Assembly: GCA_947642455.1 (NCBI GenBank)
Contig: CANRSN010000002.1
Location: 48,214 to 112,213 of the forward strand
Origin: an uncultured Clostridiaceae bacterium
GTDB lineage: Bacteria; Bacillota; Clostridia; TANB77; CAG-508
Direction: 5' to 3'
Length of the DNA: 64,000 nt
Below, in pieces: positions 1-9,451 of this stretch. The notes under the pieces are model-generated. The model made no database searches and was not told where the DNA came from. It saw only the letters and a list, made by a program, of their open reading frames with translations. Position 1 is the stretch's first letter; the number at the start of each line of letters is the position of its first letter. Both the position numbers and the translations under genes were made by a program.

Positions 1-2
1 AG

Positions 3-656
3 GCAAAAGACATACCATATTACAAATTAGTAAAATCTCCAACAAACGCAGTAGGACAACTAACAGAAAATGGGGAAACAGTTATCTATTACTACCAGAA
101 GAAACAATTTAACATAAGCATAGAAAAACAACTAGAAAAAGTAATATTTAATGGAGAACAAAAGAAAATAACAAACAAAAAAGCAATGAAGGTAGAAATA
201 GTTGCATCAAAGATAAAACAAGCAAGTCTAGAAATAACATATGCAATAACAGTAAAAAATACAGGAGAAATAGAAGGAATAGCAAAAGTAGTAGAAAATA
301 TTCCACAAGGATTTGAAGTATCAAATGGTACACCAAATTATTGGAGACAAGCAGAAGATGGAACACTACAAGCAACAGTAAATATGAAAGCTGGAGAAGA
401 AAAATTATTACTAATAACATTAAAATGGATAAATGCACAAGAAAAATTCGGAAACAGTAAAAACACTGTAAAAATAACAGATATTACAAACCCAGCAAAT
501 TATAAAGAAACTACATTAGAAGATAACGAATCATCAGCAGAAATAATTGTCAGCGTAAAAACAGGTCAAACAGAACAAATTATAGTAATAATTACTACAG
601 CAATAACAATATTTATTGGAATACTATTGATATACTTAATTAAAAAGAAAAAATAG
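3..656 (+). CDS. C-terminal part of a cell-surface protein (5' end upstream of window); Ig-like DUF11/CARDB-type domain and C-terminal membrane anchor
   Basis: Frame 3 is open from base 3 into track ORF 186..656. VIYYYQKK and ITYAITVKNTGEIEG..ENIPQGFE resemble MucBP/DUF11 surface-repeat signatures. The C-terminus IIVIITTAITIFIGILLIYLIKKKK is a hydrophobic anchor with a basic tail. Confidence 0.5.
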   Translation, partial: AKDIPYYKLVKSPTNAVGQLTENGETVIYYYQKKQFNISIEKQLEKVIFNGEQKKITNKKAMKVEIVASKIKQASLEITYAITVKNTGEIEGIAKVVENIPQGFEVSNGTPNYWRQAEDGTLQATVNMKAGEEKLLLITLKWINAQEKFGNSKNTVKITDITNPANYKETTLEDNESSAEIIVSVKTGQTEQIIVIITTAITIFIGILLIYLIKKKK

Positions 657-663
657 TGAGCAT

Positions 664-858
664 CAGGGATAGTCCTTTATGTTGGTTTAACAAATTTAAG
701 CAAACAAGAGGACTGTCCCTTCTGTTAGTCTAACAAATTTAAGTAAACAAGAGGACTGTCCTTTCTGTTAGTCTAACAAATTTAAGTAAACAAGAGGACT
801 GTCCTTTCTGTTAGTTTAACAAATTTAAGCAAACAAGAGGGATAGTCTTTTTTGTTCA
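664..858. repeat. 43-bp tandem repeat, about 4.5 units, each with an imperfect hairpin around GGACtGTCC
   Basis: The core (a/g)(g/a)GGA(c/t)(t/a)GTCC recurs at 665, 708, 751, 794 and 837, in exact 43-bp phase. The array lies between convergent genes. Confidence 0.85.
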
Positions 859-920
859 TTTTTAATCCATTTGAGGGTAAAAAACGAACAAAAAGAACTA
901 TTCTTAATGTTCGCTTAAAT

Positions 921-2168
921 TTATTTATTTACAATATTCATTTTTTTCTCATACATATATTTAGCAAGTTCTGGATTATGAATGCCATTAAAATCTTTAA
1001 TTGGAGCGAATTCATCTTGTTCTCTAACTCTTAAAAGAGAAATATTATCAAAAAACTCAAAAGCATCGAAGATAAAATTTTCAAATTTAAAAGTATTAGG
1101 GGAATCAGGAACTTGTTTCATACCTTCATCATTAACAAAAGTATTCTTTTTAAAAGCCCTATGGTAAGGGAAAGTTTTAGTAGCTAATAATTCAATAGCA
1201 GACATACTAAATAAATGAGCAAGTATATTAATATCCCTATACAAATAATTACCATTTTCATCTTTAGCTTTTTTCATAATAGAGCTAAAATGGCAACTAT
1301 TAATAATAGCTGGTTTTCCATTCTTTCTAGCAAATACCCAATCTTTAGCATCTGGGTCCTTTTTAAATAATGTTTTTGAGCCAGCTTGAAAGTTAGAATT
1401 AATAGTAATACCCAAGAAAAGAGGGTCAACAATATCTAAAATAACATTATCGATACCAGAGAAAAATACCCATTTTATATTCTTCTTTTTCATATTATCG
1501 ATAATTGAGCAATCTTTCATAGACCTAAAAACATCGCCATTACCATTAGAAACCTCTTTAACCTTATAAGTTTCTTCCAAAATAAGATTACCAGAAATAT
1601 CGATTAAAGGAAGCTCTGATTGAGTAAAGAAATATACAGACTCTTTTGGATAGCCAAAAAAGTTTTTTAAATTAAAGAAATCCTTAGTTTGCTGGTCATT
1701 ATATTTACTAGTCATAATATACCAAGGAATGGTAGTTCCATATAAAAGCTTAGCTTTTTTTAAATTGTCACATGTAATTTCAAAAAGTGATTTTTTAGGA
1801 ACAATATCAAGTTCAAAAGTGCCTTTTGGTCCTTTATACCCAAGCCTTGTACCTTGACCACCTGCCATTGTAACAACAGCATATTCACAATTTTTAATAC
1901 TGTTTTCTCCAATAGTTGTAAAAAAGTCGAAATCTTTTTTACTAAGTTTTTCTTTATCAAAATAAGGTAAAGGTTCTATTAAATTAGTTGGAATTACTTC
2001 ATCAGTTTTTGAAGCCTCATATAGTTCAAAAATTTGTTTAAAATTAATATGACAAATTTGATCTATTAAAAATTCTTTTTCATTAGTATTAAGTTCATTA
2101 TAAAAACCTAATAAATGTTCTTGTTTATATGTTTTCAGCAGACTTTCTGCTTTATCATAACTTTCCAT
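921..2168 (-). CDS. UDP-sugar / UDP-N-acetylhexosamine pyrophosphorylase (UDPGP family)
   Basis: 415 aa. VVTMAGGQGTRLGYKGPKGTF is the nucleotide-binding loop typical of UDPGP/UAP-type uridylyltransferases. Confidence 0.7.
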   Translation of the reverse strand: MESYDKAESLLKTYKQEHLLGFYNELNTNEKEFLIDQICHINFKQIFELYEASKTDEVIPTNLIEPLPYFDKEKLSKKDFDFFTTIGENSIKNCEYAVVTMAGGQGTRLGYKGPKGTFELDIVPKKSLFEITCDNLKKAKLLYGTTIPWYIMTSKYNDQQTKDFFNLKNFFGYPKESVYFFTQSELPLIDISGNLILEETYKVKEVSNGNGDVFRSMKDCSIIDNMKKKNIKWVFFSGIDNVILDIVDPLFLGITINSNFQAGSKTLFKKDPDAKDWVFARKNGKPAIINSCHFSSIMKKAKDENGNYLYRDINILAHLFSMSAIELLATKTFPYHRAFKKNTFVNDEGMKQVPDSPNTFKFENFIFDAFEFFDNISLLRVREQDEFAPIKDFNGIHNPELAKYMYEKKMNIVNK

Positions 2169-2225
2169 AAACTCATCCTCAATGTTTAAATATTATATTA
2201 ATATATCATATACAAAATATAACAA

Positions 2226-3020
2226 TTAGTGAATTGCTGTTTTTAAATTTTTTATAATAATATCTTTATTAGGCATATCACAGACTTGTAACCTTCTTAT
2301 TTCTTCTTCAACATTATAAGGTAGCCTAACTAATGTAAATGAAAGTGAAGAAAGAGTATGTGAATTAAAGTTTCCTTCTAAAATCATATAAGAAGAAAGT
2401 GTTGAAAACTTATTAGTTTTGTCATTTTCATCAGTATTTGCCATTTCTGTTGGAATGCCTACACTTCCACAATTAAATAAGGTTTTATTTTTAAATCTAA
2501 AAAGGTTAGGAGTATGCAAATGACCATACCCTATAACATCAGGTATAGGATCATTTTCGGTTTTTCCTAAAAATTCAGTATTTAAAAACATATCTTCAGG
2601 ATTAGTTACTAATTTATTGTAATATGGTGTATCAACATTAGAGTACATTGGATTAAATATATGTTCTAAACTAAATGGTGAGGCATGAAAAAGCCTAACA
2701 AGATAGCCACTTATATAAAATTCAGTGAAAATAGGCAAATTATATATATAATTTGCACGTTCTTCTCCAATTTTGTCTCTACTCCAAAATTTACCAGGTT
2801 CAACACCAGGTCTTGAAATAACGTCATCACAATTACCTTTAATAATAACTTCACACTTTTCTTTTAAAATATCTACAACTTCGGATGGTTCAGGACATTT
2901 AACGATAATATCTCCTAAACAATATATTTTTGTAATTCCTCTAGATTCTATATCGGCTAAAACTGCTTGTAAAGCTGTTAAATTTCCATGTATATCAGAG
3001 ATTATTGCAATTTTTTCCAT
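2226..3020 (-). CDS. metallophosphoesterase (calcineurin-like)
   Basis: MEKIAIISDIHGN, CLGDIIV and GYGHLH are metallophosphoesterase motifs. The start was moved to MEKI because a GAGGTG RBS sits 4 nt upstream. Confidence 0.75.
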   Translation of the reverse strand: MEKIAIISDIHGNLTALQAVLADIESRGITKIYCLGDIIVKCPEPSEVVDILKEKCEVIIKGNCDDVISRPGVEPGKFWSRDKIGEERANYIYNLPIFTEFYISGYLVRLFHASPFSLEHIFNPMYSNVDTPYYNKLVTNPEDMFLNTEFLGKTENDPIPDVIGYGHLHTPNLFRFKNKTLFNCGSVGIPTEMANTDENDKTNKFSTLSSYMILEGNFNSHTLSSLSFTLVRLPYNVEEEIRRLQVCDMPNKDIIIKNLKTAIH

Positions 3021-3208
3021 ATTACACCTCACTTAAAAATACTAAAGACTATTATAGTACAAAATTCTATAAAATACAAGTTTAACTTTATTTTAGTTTC
3101 GTTTTTTTGAAAATATTGTTACTATTAATATTTATTTTTTTATCAAACATGTAGATATTTTGTTTTAAAAGGGGTATACTGTAACAAAGGGAGAGGGAAG
3201 GATAAATC

Positions 3209-5824
3209 ATGTTAGAAAAAGAAGAGAAAATAGATATAAAAAAGGAGTATGGAAAAGAAGCCATACCACAGGTAGACAAATACATTGAAGAAAACAAAAT
3301 AAATATAGACAAAGGCTTAAATAGTGAGCAAATAGAAAATGCCAGAGCAAAACATGGATTAAATCAAATAAAACAAGCAAAACCAAAAGAGTGGTACAAT
3401 TTTTTATTTGAAAGTTTATTTAGTCCATTTAATCTAATATTACTAGGAATAACAGGAGTATTACTATATACAGATGTATACTTAAGTGAACCACCAAGTT
3501 ATGCAAACATTATAGTAATAATAGTATTAATAACAGTGAGTACACTACTAGAATTTTTTGAAGTATTTCAGTCCAACAAAGCAGCAGAGAAATTAAAAAG
3601 TTTAGTTGAGACAAAAGCAACAGTATTAAGAAATGGAAACAAAGAAAGAGTACCATTAAAAGACATTGTAGTAGGAGACATACTAATATTATCGGCAGGA
3701 GACATTATTCCAGCAGATGCAAGAGTGCTTGAGGCAAAAGATTTATATATAACACAAGCATCATTAACAGGAGAATCAGATTCTGTTAGAAAAACAGTAG
3801 ATTTACCTATAAATGATGAAGAAATTGAGTTTATAACAGACTTAGAAAATATATGTTTAATGGGAACAAATGTAACCAGTGGATATGCAAAAGCAGTAGT
3901 CATAAAAACAGGAGACAGCACATACTTTGGAAAAATAGCTCATACTCTAGGAGAAGGAAAACCTAAAACAGCATTTCAAAAAGGAATAGAAAATGTAAGC
4001 AAATTACTAATAAGGTTTATGCTAATAATGATACCAATAACATTTATGATAAATGTTACTAGACATGGTGTACTAATAGCATTTACATTTTCAGTTGCAA
4101 TAGCAATAGGAATAACGCCACTTTTACTTCCAGTATTATTATCATCAAGTTTAGCAAAAGGCGCGAAAAAAATGTCGAAAAAGAAAACAATTATAAAAAA
4201 ATTAGATGCAATACAAAGTTTTGGAGCAATGAATATATTATGTACAGATAAAACAGGAACATTAACAGAAGATAAAATAGTATTAGAAAAATACCTAGAT
4301 ATAAAAGGGGAAGAAGACAAAGCAATACTAAAATATGTATACTTAAATTCATATTTTCAAACAGGGTTAAGAGGAAACATAGATGAAGCAATAATAAATA
4401 GAGCAGAAAAAGAGGGAATAAGTAATATTATAGAAAACTATAAAAAAATAGATGAAATACCATTCGACTTTTCAAGAAGGCTATTATCAATAGTTGTAAA
4501 AGATGAGCAAAAAAAGCAATTAATAACAAAAGGAGCCATAGAAGAAGTTTTAAATATATGTACATCAGTAGAGTATAACGAACAAATAACACCTATTACA
4601 AATGAAATAAAAATAAATATAAAAAATATAGCAAAAAACTTAAACAAAGAAGGGCTTAGGGTATTAGGAGTATGTAAGAGAAATAATATAGAAGATATAG
4701 AGCATTTTAGTGTAGAAGACGAAAAAGGAATGACATTAATAGGTTTTATAGGATTTTTAGATCCACCAAAAGAAAGTGCAAAACAAGCAATAAAAACACT
4801 AAATGAAAACGGAATTAGAGTAATAGTACTAACAGGAGACAATGAATATGTAACAAAAACAATATGTGAAAAGGTAGAAATAAATACCAAGAGAATAGTA
4901 TTAGGAAATCAGATAGACAAATTATCAGATGCAGGACTACTTAGAATTTTAAGAAACACAAATGTATTTGCTAAATTATCGCCAATCCAAAAAGCTAGAA
5001 TAGTAAGAGTTCTAGGTGAAGCAGGTAATGTTGTAGGTTATATGGGAGATGGAATAAACGATAGTCCATCACTTACAAACTCTGAAGTTGGAATATCAGT
5101 AGATACAGCAGTAGACATAGCAAAAGAAACTGCAGACATAATTTTACTTGAAAAAGACTTAATGGTTTTAAAAGATGGAGTTAGAGAAGGAAGAAAGACA
5201 TTTGGAAACCTCATGAAATATATAAAGATGGCAGCAAGTTTTAACTTTGGAGAAGTAACATCAGTACTAATTGCAAGTATATTCTTACCATTCTTTCCAA
5301 TCACGCCAATACAGCTATTAGTACAAAGTTTAATTTACGATATTGGTCAATTATCTTTACCAATGGATAATGTAGATGAAGAATATTTAAAAAAGCCACA
5401 AAAATGGAATATGAAAAGTTTAAAAAGGTTTATGTTAGTATTAGGTCCAACAAGCTCAATATTTGATTTACTTATATTTTCACTTTTATGGTTTGTATTT
5501 GGAATAAGAGAAAACCAAGCAGCACTATTTCAAACAATTTGGTTTTCATATGGAATAGTATCAAACTTAATAGGCTTGCACATTATAAGAACAGCAAAAA
5601 TACCATTTGTACAAAGCAATAGTTCTAAAACAGTATATGCTTTTACCATCATTATAAGTATTATTGCAATAATAATTCCTTTTACTGCAATAGGCACTTT
5701 CTTAGGTTTGGTGGCTCTGCCAATACAATATATAGCACTAATTTTTGCAATTCCTGTTTTATATTGTGTAATTGCTATGATTGTAAAAAATATTTATATT
5801 AAGAAATTTGGAGAATGGATTTAA
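3209..5824 (+). CDS. mgtA: magnesium-translocating P-type ATPase
   Basis: 871 aa with TGES, CTDKTGTLT and MGDGINDSPSL. The MgtA-type tail reads LLVQSLIYDIGQLSLPMDNVDEEYLKKPQKW. Confidence 0.85.
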   Translation: MLEKEEKIDIKKEYGKEAIPQVDKYIEENKINIDKGLNSEQIENARAKHGLNQIKQAKPKEWYNFLFESLFSPFNLILLGITGVLLYTDVYLSEPPSYANIIVIIVLITVSTLLEFFEVFQSNKAAEKLKSLVETKATVLRNGNKERVPLKDIVVGDILILSAGDIIPADARVLEAKDLYITQASLTGESDSVRKTVDLPINDEEIEFITDLENICLMGTNVTSGYAKAVVIKTGDSTYFGKIAHTLGEGKPKTAFQKGIENVSKLLIRFMLIMIPITFMINVTRHGVLIAFTFSVAIAIGITPLLLPVLLSSSLAKGAKKMSKKKTIIKKLDAIQSFGAMNILCTDKTGTLTEDKIVLEKYLDIKGEEDKAILKYVYLNSYFQTGLRGNIDEAIINRAEKEGISNIIENYKKIDEIPFDFSRRLLSIVVKDEQKKQLITKGAIEEVLNICTSVEYNEQITPITNEIKINIKNIAKNLNKEGLRVLGVCKRNNIEDIEHFSVEDEKGMTLIGFIGFLDPPKESAKQAIKTLNENGIRVIVLTGDNEYVTKTICEKVEINTKRIVLGNQIDKLSDAGLLRILRNTNVFAKLSPIQKARIVRVLGEAGNVVGYMGDGINDSPSLTNSEVGISVDTAVDIAKETADIILLEKDLMVLKDGVREGRKTFGNLMKYIKMAASFNFGEVTSVLIASIFLPFFPITPIQLLVQSLIYDIGQLSLPMDNVDEEYLKKPQKWNMKSLKRFMLVLGPTSSIFDLLIFSLLWFVFGIRENQAALFQTIWFSYGIVSNLIGLHIIRTAKIPFVQSNSSKTVYAFTIIISIIAIIIPFTAIGTFLGLVALPIQYIALIFAIPVLYCVIAMIVKNIYIKKFGEWI

Positions 5825-5948
5825 TGTAAAAATAGGACTTGTAAAAATGGGACTTGTAAAAATGGGACGGAGCAAATCGGGACAAAAATGTCCCAAAAGG
5901 GACAGACCAATGTAATAATACAAAAAATACTACAAGTCTGTCCTTTTA
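5825..5948. repeat. GGGAC-rich palindromic intergenic repeat (family copy 1)
   Basis: Three tandem gtaaaaatgggact units, the palindrome gggacaaaaatgtccc, and the inverted repeat gggacagac...gtctgtcc. It shares modules with 34273..34404. Confidence 0.8.
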
Positions 5949-6008
5949 TCAAAAATATAGCACAGATAATGCAAAACAAGAATAAAATACTTCATAAGGA
6001 GGGATATT

Positions 6009-6965
6009 ATGAAAAGCAAAACAATAGGAAATACGCCAATAGTAAAAATAAATTATAAATATAAAGGAAAGGAAAGCTACATATATGCTAAGCTAGAATA
6101 CTATAATTTAACAGGAAGTATAAAAGATAGAATGGCAAACTACATAATAGAAAAAGCAAAAGAAAGAGGAGAGTTAAAAAAAGGGCAAGCAATTGTAGAA
6201 GCAACAAGTGGAAATACAGGAATAGCATTATCGGCAATAGGTGCAAAAGAACACCATCCAGTGTATATATTTATGCCAGACTGGGTAAGCAAAGAAAGAG
6301 TAGCAATAATGAAAAATTATGGAGCCGAAGTAAAACTATATTCAAAAGAAGAAGGAGGTTTCAGAAGATGTATAAATGAAGCCAAAAAACTTGCAGGAGA
6401 TATAGGAGGTTTTCTAGCAAATCAGTTTTCAAATAAAGATAACATTTTAGCACATTATGAAACAACAGCAGAAGAAATACTAGAGCAGGTGAAAGAGCCA
6501 ATAGGAGGTTTTGTTTCAGGAGTAGGTACTGGTGGAACATTAATGGGAATTGGTAGAAAAATAAAAAGGGAATATCCAGAGGCAATAATTGTGGCAATGG
6601 AACCAGATAAAATGCCATTGTTATCACAAAATAAGATAATATCAAACCATAAAATAGAAGGAATTGGGGACGATTTTGTTCCAGAATTAGTAGATAGAAA
6701 TTTAATAGATAAGGTCATAGTAGTAAATGATGATGATGCTATAAACATGTCAAGACTATTATCAAGAAGACTTGGAATAGGTTGTGGAATATCTTCAGGA
6801 GCCAATTTTTTAGCAGCAGTAATTTTAAATGATAAAATTACAAATACAGTTGTAACAGTATTTGCAGATGATAATAAAAAATACTTATCAACAGATTTAG
6901 CAAAATATGTGGAAGAAAACGATAAATTTGTATCAAATAGTATTGAATTAATTAGTTGGAATTAA
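6009..6965 (+). CDS. cysK: cysteine synthase / O-acetylserine sulfhydrylase (PLP-dependent)
   Basis: GSIKDRMA (PLP lysine), TSGNTGIAL, GVGTGGTLMG. Confidence 0.8.
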   Translation: MKSKTIGNTPIVKINYKYKGKESYIYAKLEYYNLTGSIKDRMANYIIEKAKERGELKKGQAIVEATSGNTGIALSAIGAKEHHPVYIFMPDWVSKERVAIMKNYGAEVKLYSKEEGGFRRCINEAKKLAGDIGGFLANQFSNKDNILAHYETTAEEILEQVKEPIGGFVSGVGTGGTLMGIGRKIKREYPEAIIVAMEPDKMPLLSQNKIISNHKIEGIGDDFVPELVDRNLIDKVIVVNDDDAINMSRLLSRRLGIGCGISSGANFLAAVILNDKITNTVVTVFADDNKKYLSTDLAKYVEENDKFVSNSIELISWN

Positions 6966-6987
6966 GTATTTAAGGAAGGTATATTAA

Positions 6988-7545
6988 ATGGAAAAAGAAA
7001 TAAAGGATTATTTAAAACAAATATTATCAGATGAAAGATATAATCATAGTATAAAAGTAATGGAAAAGGCGGAAGAACTAGCAAAAATATATGGAATAAA
7101 TATAGAAATGGCAAGGCTTACAGGATTAGCACATGATATTGCAAAAGAAATGACTATGGAAGAGTATGAAGAATATGCTAAAAGTCATAATATAAAAATT
7201 AACGAGCAGGATAGGCAAAACACTGTAATAATGCATGGAAAAATAGGTGCACATATATGCAAAAATAAATTTAATTTTACAAAGGAAATGCAAAATGCAG
7301 TATGCTATCATACAACTGGGAGAAAAAATATGTCTATGTTAGAAAAGATAATATATGTTGCAGATAAAATAGAAGATAGTAGACAATATGATGAAGTAGA
7401 GCAATTAAGAGAACTTGCTAAAAAGGATTTAACTGAAACAATAAGAATAATTGTGGATTACAATCTAATTACAGCAATAAATAAGAAAAGAGCAATACAT
7501 CCATTATCTGTAGAATTAAGAAATGAAATTATTTTAAATACATAA
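6988..7545 (+). CDS. yqeK: HD-domain bis(5'-nucleosyl)-tetraphosphatase YqeK
   Basis: 185 aa. RYNHSIKV, GLAHDIAKE, CYHTTG and YVADKIE match the YqeK HD-hydrolase pattern. Confidence 0.75.
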   Translation: MEKEIKDYLKQILSDERYNHSIKVMEKAEELAKIYGINIEMARLTGLAHDIAKEMTMEEYEEYAKSHNIKINEQDRQNTVIMHGKIGAHICKNKFNFTKEMQNAVCYHTTGRKNMSMLEKIIYVADKIEDSRQYDEVEQLRELAKKDLTETIRIIVDYNLITAINKKRAIHPLSVELRNEIILNT

Positions 7546-7558
7546 TACTTTATTAATT

Positions 7559-7640
7559 CGGGCGAGCGAACAAAAGAGGCATGATTAAAATATTTAGACT
7601 TTTTAGATTACTTTTCATGCCTCGTCTTTGTTCGCCCGCC
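7559..7640. repeat. long hairpin with conserved loop (family copy 1); probable bidirectional terminator position
   Basis: Stem gggcgagcgaacaaaagaggcatga / tcatgcctcgtctttgttcgcccgcc around loop attaaaatatttagactttttagattactttt. The same loop recurs at 10753..10831 with a different stem. Confidence 0.75.
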
Positions 7641-7773
7641 AAAATTGCTTTAGCAATTTTGTGTGGAACGTTCGGAGAAGCTTTTATATGACTTAGAAAG
7701 TATAACAAATCGTTATGCTTTCTAAGTCATATAAAAAAGCTAAGCCTGAAAAGCATTCTAAAAGGTCAAAATA

Positions 7774-9345
7774 TTACTTAAAAAAAGTAATATCTTTTTT
7801 TACAATAGTACGACCCAAAATAAGTATTCCTAAATAGAAAATAGAATAAATGCAAATACAAAAAATAACCTCAGGAACACAAGTAATAACAGTAGGACAA
7901 AGGAATCTAAAAAGTATATTTAAAAAGACCACAGTAAAAAGAGGCTTTAAAATCCAATTAGAAAAGTCAAATTTAAAATGTGTAGTTTTTATAAGTTTAA
8001 ACAAACTACAAAATCCATTCAAAATTTCACTAATATATAAAACTATAATGTATCCCAAAACACCATTTATAGGAAGTAGAAACATAATAAAACTAATACT
8101 AACAAATAAGTCTAAAATATTTATAGCCATAACAGAAACTTGTTTATCAAGACCTTTTAAAATGCTGTCAATAATATTATCAACATACATAAAAACGATA
8201 AGAGGCGAAAGCAACTTAACAAATTTAACAATTTCAATTTCATTATAAATCAAACTGCTTAATTCATCTGAAAAAGACCAAAATATTCCCATAATCAAAA
8301 ACGAAAAAACAAAGCAGATTTTAAAAATCTTATTTAAAATAAAGTTAATTTTAGTATAATTATCTTCAACATGTAAGTATGAAAATTCTGGAATTAGAAG
8401 CATGCTAAAAGAGCTCATAAAAGTACATGGAAACATAATTAAAGGCATAACCATACCGTTAATCATACCATACCTAGAAAGAGCATAATCACAAGAAACT
8501 CCAGATTTTTCTAATTGTATAGGAACAATAAGTTGTTTAAAAGTAGAAAGACCAGAGCGAATATAAGAAGTAATAGCAATAGGAGTAGAAACTTTTAAAA
8601 TACGTTTTGAGTAATCTTTTTTATTATTTGAAAATGCAAGTTTATTAAATTTTTTAGTATCAAACAAATATAAGATAAATAGCATAGCAAAAGAACAAAT
8701 TTCAGAAATAGTACTTCCTAAAACAAGAGAAATACAAGCAAATTCCAATCCATCAGGTAAGAAATAATTAATCAAAAAGCTAATTAATAAAATTTTTAAA
8801 ACTTGTTCAAAAACTTGTGTAAATGCAGATTTTTTTACATTTCGAAGAGCAGAAAAGTAGCCATTAATACTAGAAGACATAGACAAAAATGGTAAACTAA
8901 TAGCTAAAATTTTTAGTGGAGCACTTGAAATTTGAGAATGTAGCCAGTGTTTAGCTATAAATGGAGAAAATATGTACAAAAATACACATGTAGTAAAACC
9001 AAACAAAAAACTAAAAAGCAATCCCTTTTTAACTACTTTTCTAATATCAGAAGTAGTAGAATGAAAGTGTTTTTTATATGAACTATTGCCTTCAGAATGA
9101 GAATAAGAAGAATTACTAGAAGCATATTCTTCTGCAACAACTTTTGTAATAGCTAAGTTCATTCCAGAAGAGGCAAGGGTAATGGCAAACATATATACAG
9201 ACATAACTAGTTGATAGACTCCAACAGCAGTACTTCCAATTTTATTAGAAATATATACATTAAAAGAAACTCCAATTGTTTGCATTGCAAGAGAAGTAAG
9301 AGTCAATAAAATACCATTTAATAAAAAAACTTTAACTTTTCTCAA
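7774..9345 (-). CDS. MOP-superfamily polysaccharide/lipid-II flippase (SpoVB/MurJ-like)
   Basis: Polytopic membrane protein of about 523 aa with MATE/MOP-like helix organisation. The start was set to the TTG (LRKVKV...) 7 nt after AAGGAGG. Confidence 0.6.
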   Translation of the reverse strand: MRKVKVFLLNGILLTLTSLAMQTIGVSFNVYISNKIGSTAVGVYQLVMSVYMFAITLASSGMNLAITKVVAEEYASSNSSYSHSEGNSSYKKHFHSTTSDIRKVVKKGLLFSFLFGFTTCVFLYIFSPFIAKHWLHSQISSAPLKILAISLPFLSMSSSINGYFSALRNVKKSAFTQVFEQVLKILLISFLINYFLPDGLEFACISLVLGSTISEICSFAMLFILYLFDTKKFNKLAFSNNKKDYSKRILKVSTPIAITSYIRSGLSTFKQLIVPIQLEKSGVSCDYALSRYGMINGMVMPLIMFPCTFMSSFSMLLIPEFSYLHVEDNYTKINFILNKIFKICFVFSFLIMGIFWSFSDELSSLIYNEIEIVKFVKLLSPLIVFMYVDNIIDSILKGLDKQVSVMAINILDLFVSISFIMFLLPINGVLGYIIVLYISEILNGFCSLFKLIKTTHFKFDFSNWILKPLFTVVFLNILFRFLCPTVITCVPEVIFCICIYSIFYLGILILGRTIVKKDITFFK

Positions 9346-9451
9346 AAAATTTCCTCCTTGAAAAATAGAAATAGTATACAAAACAATATATGCACTTGAT
9401 TTCGAAATTTTCATAAAATATTAATAATTAAAAAGAATAGGAGGGAGAATA

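Noticed and set aside
148-438. Track ORF on the minus strand (Leu/Phe-rich, 96 aa). Many similar antisense ORFs occur elsewhere, e.g. 3568..3921, 4438..4890, 12367..12657, 24013..24297, 24949..25197, 38335..38796, 39138..39752, 42796..43245.
   Set aside because: They lie entirely antisense to, or out of frame within, long motif-bearing genes. They have low-complexity L/F/I/S composition, as expected from the complement of purine-rich AT-rich coding DNA, and they lack RBSs.
664-858. Possible CRISPR array.
   Set aside because: The units are contiguous 43-bp tandem copies with no unique spacers, and no cas genes are nearby.
3033-3208. Possible M-box (Mg) riboswitch upstream of mgtA.
   Set aside because: The 175-nt leader is almost pure A/T. 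It lacks the G/C-rich conserved helices I associate with the M-box. A covariance-model scan would be needed to exclude it.
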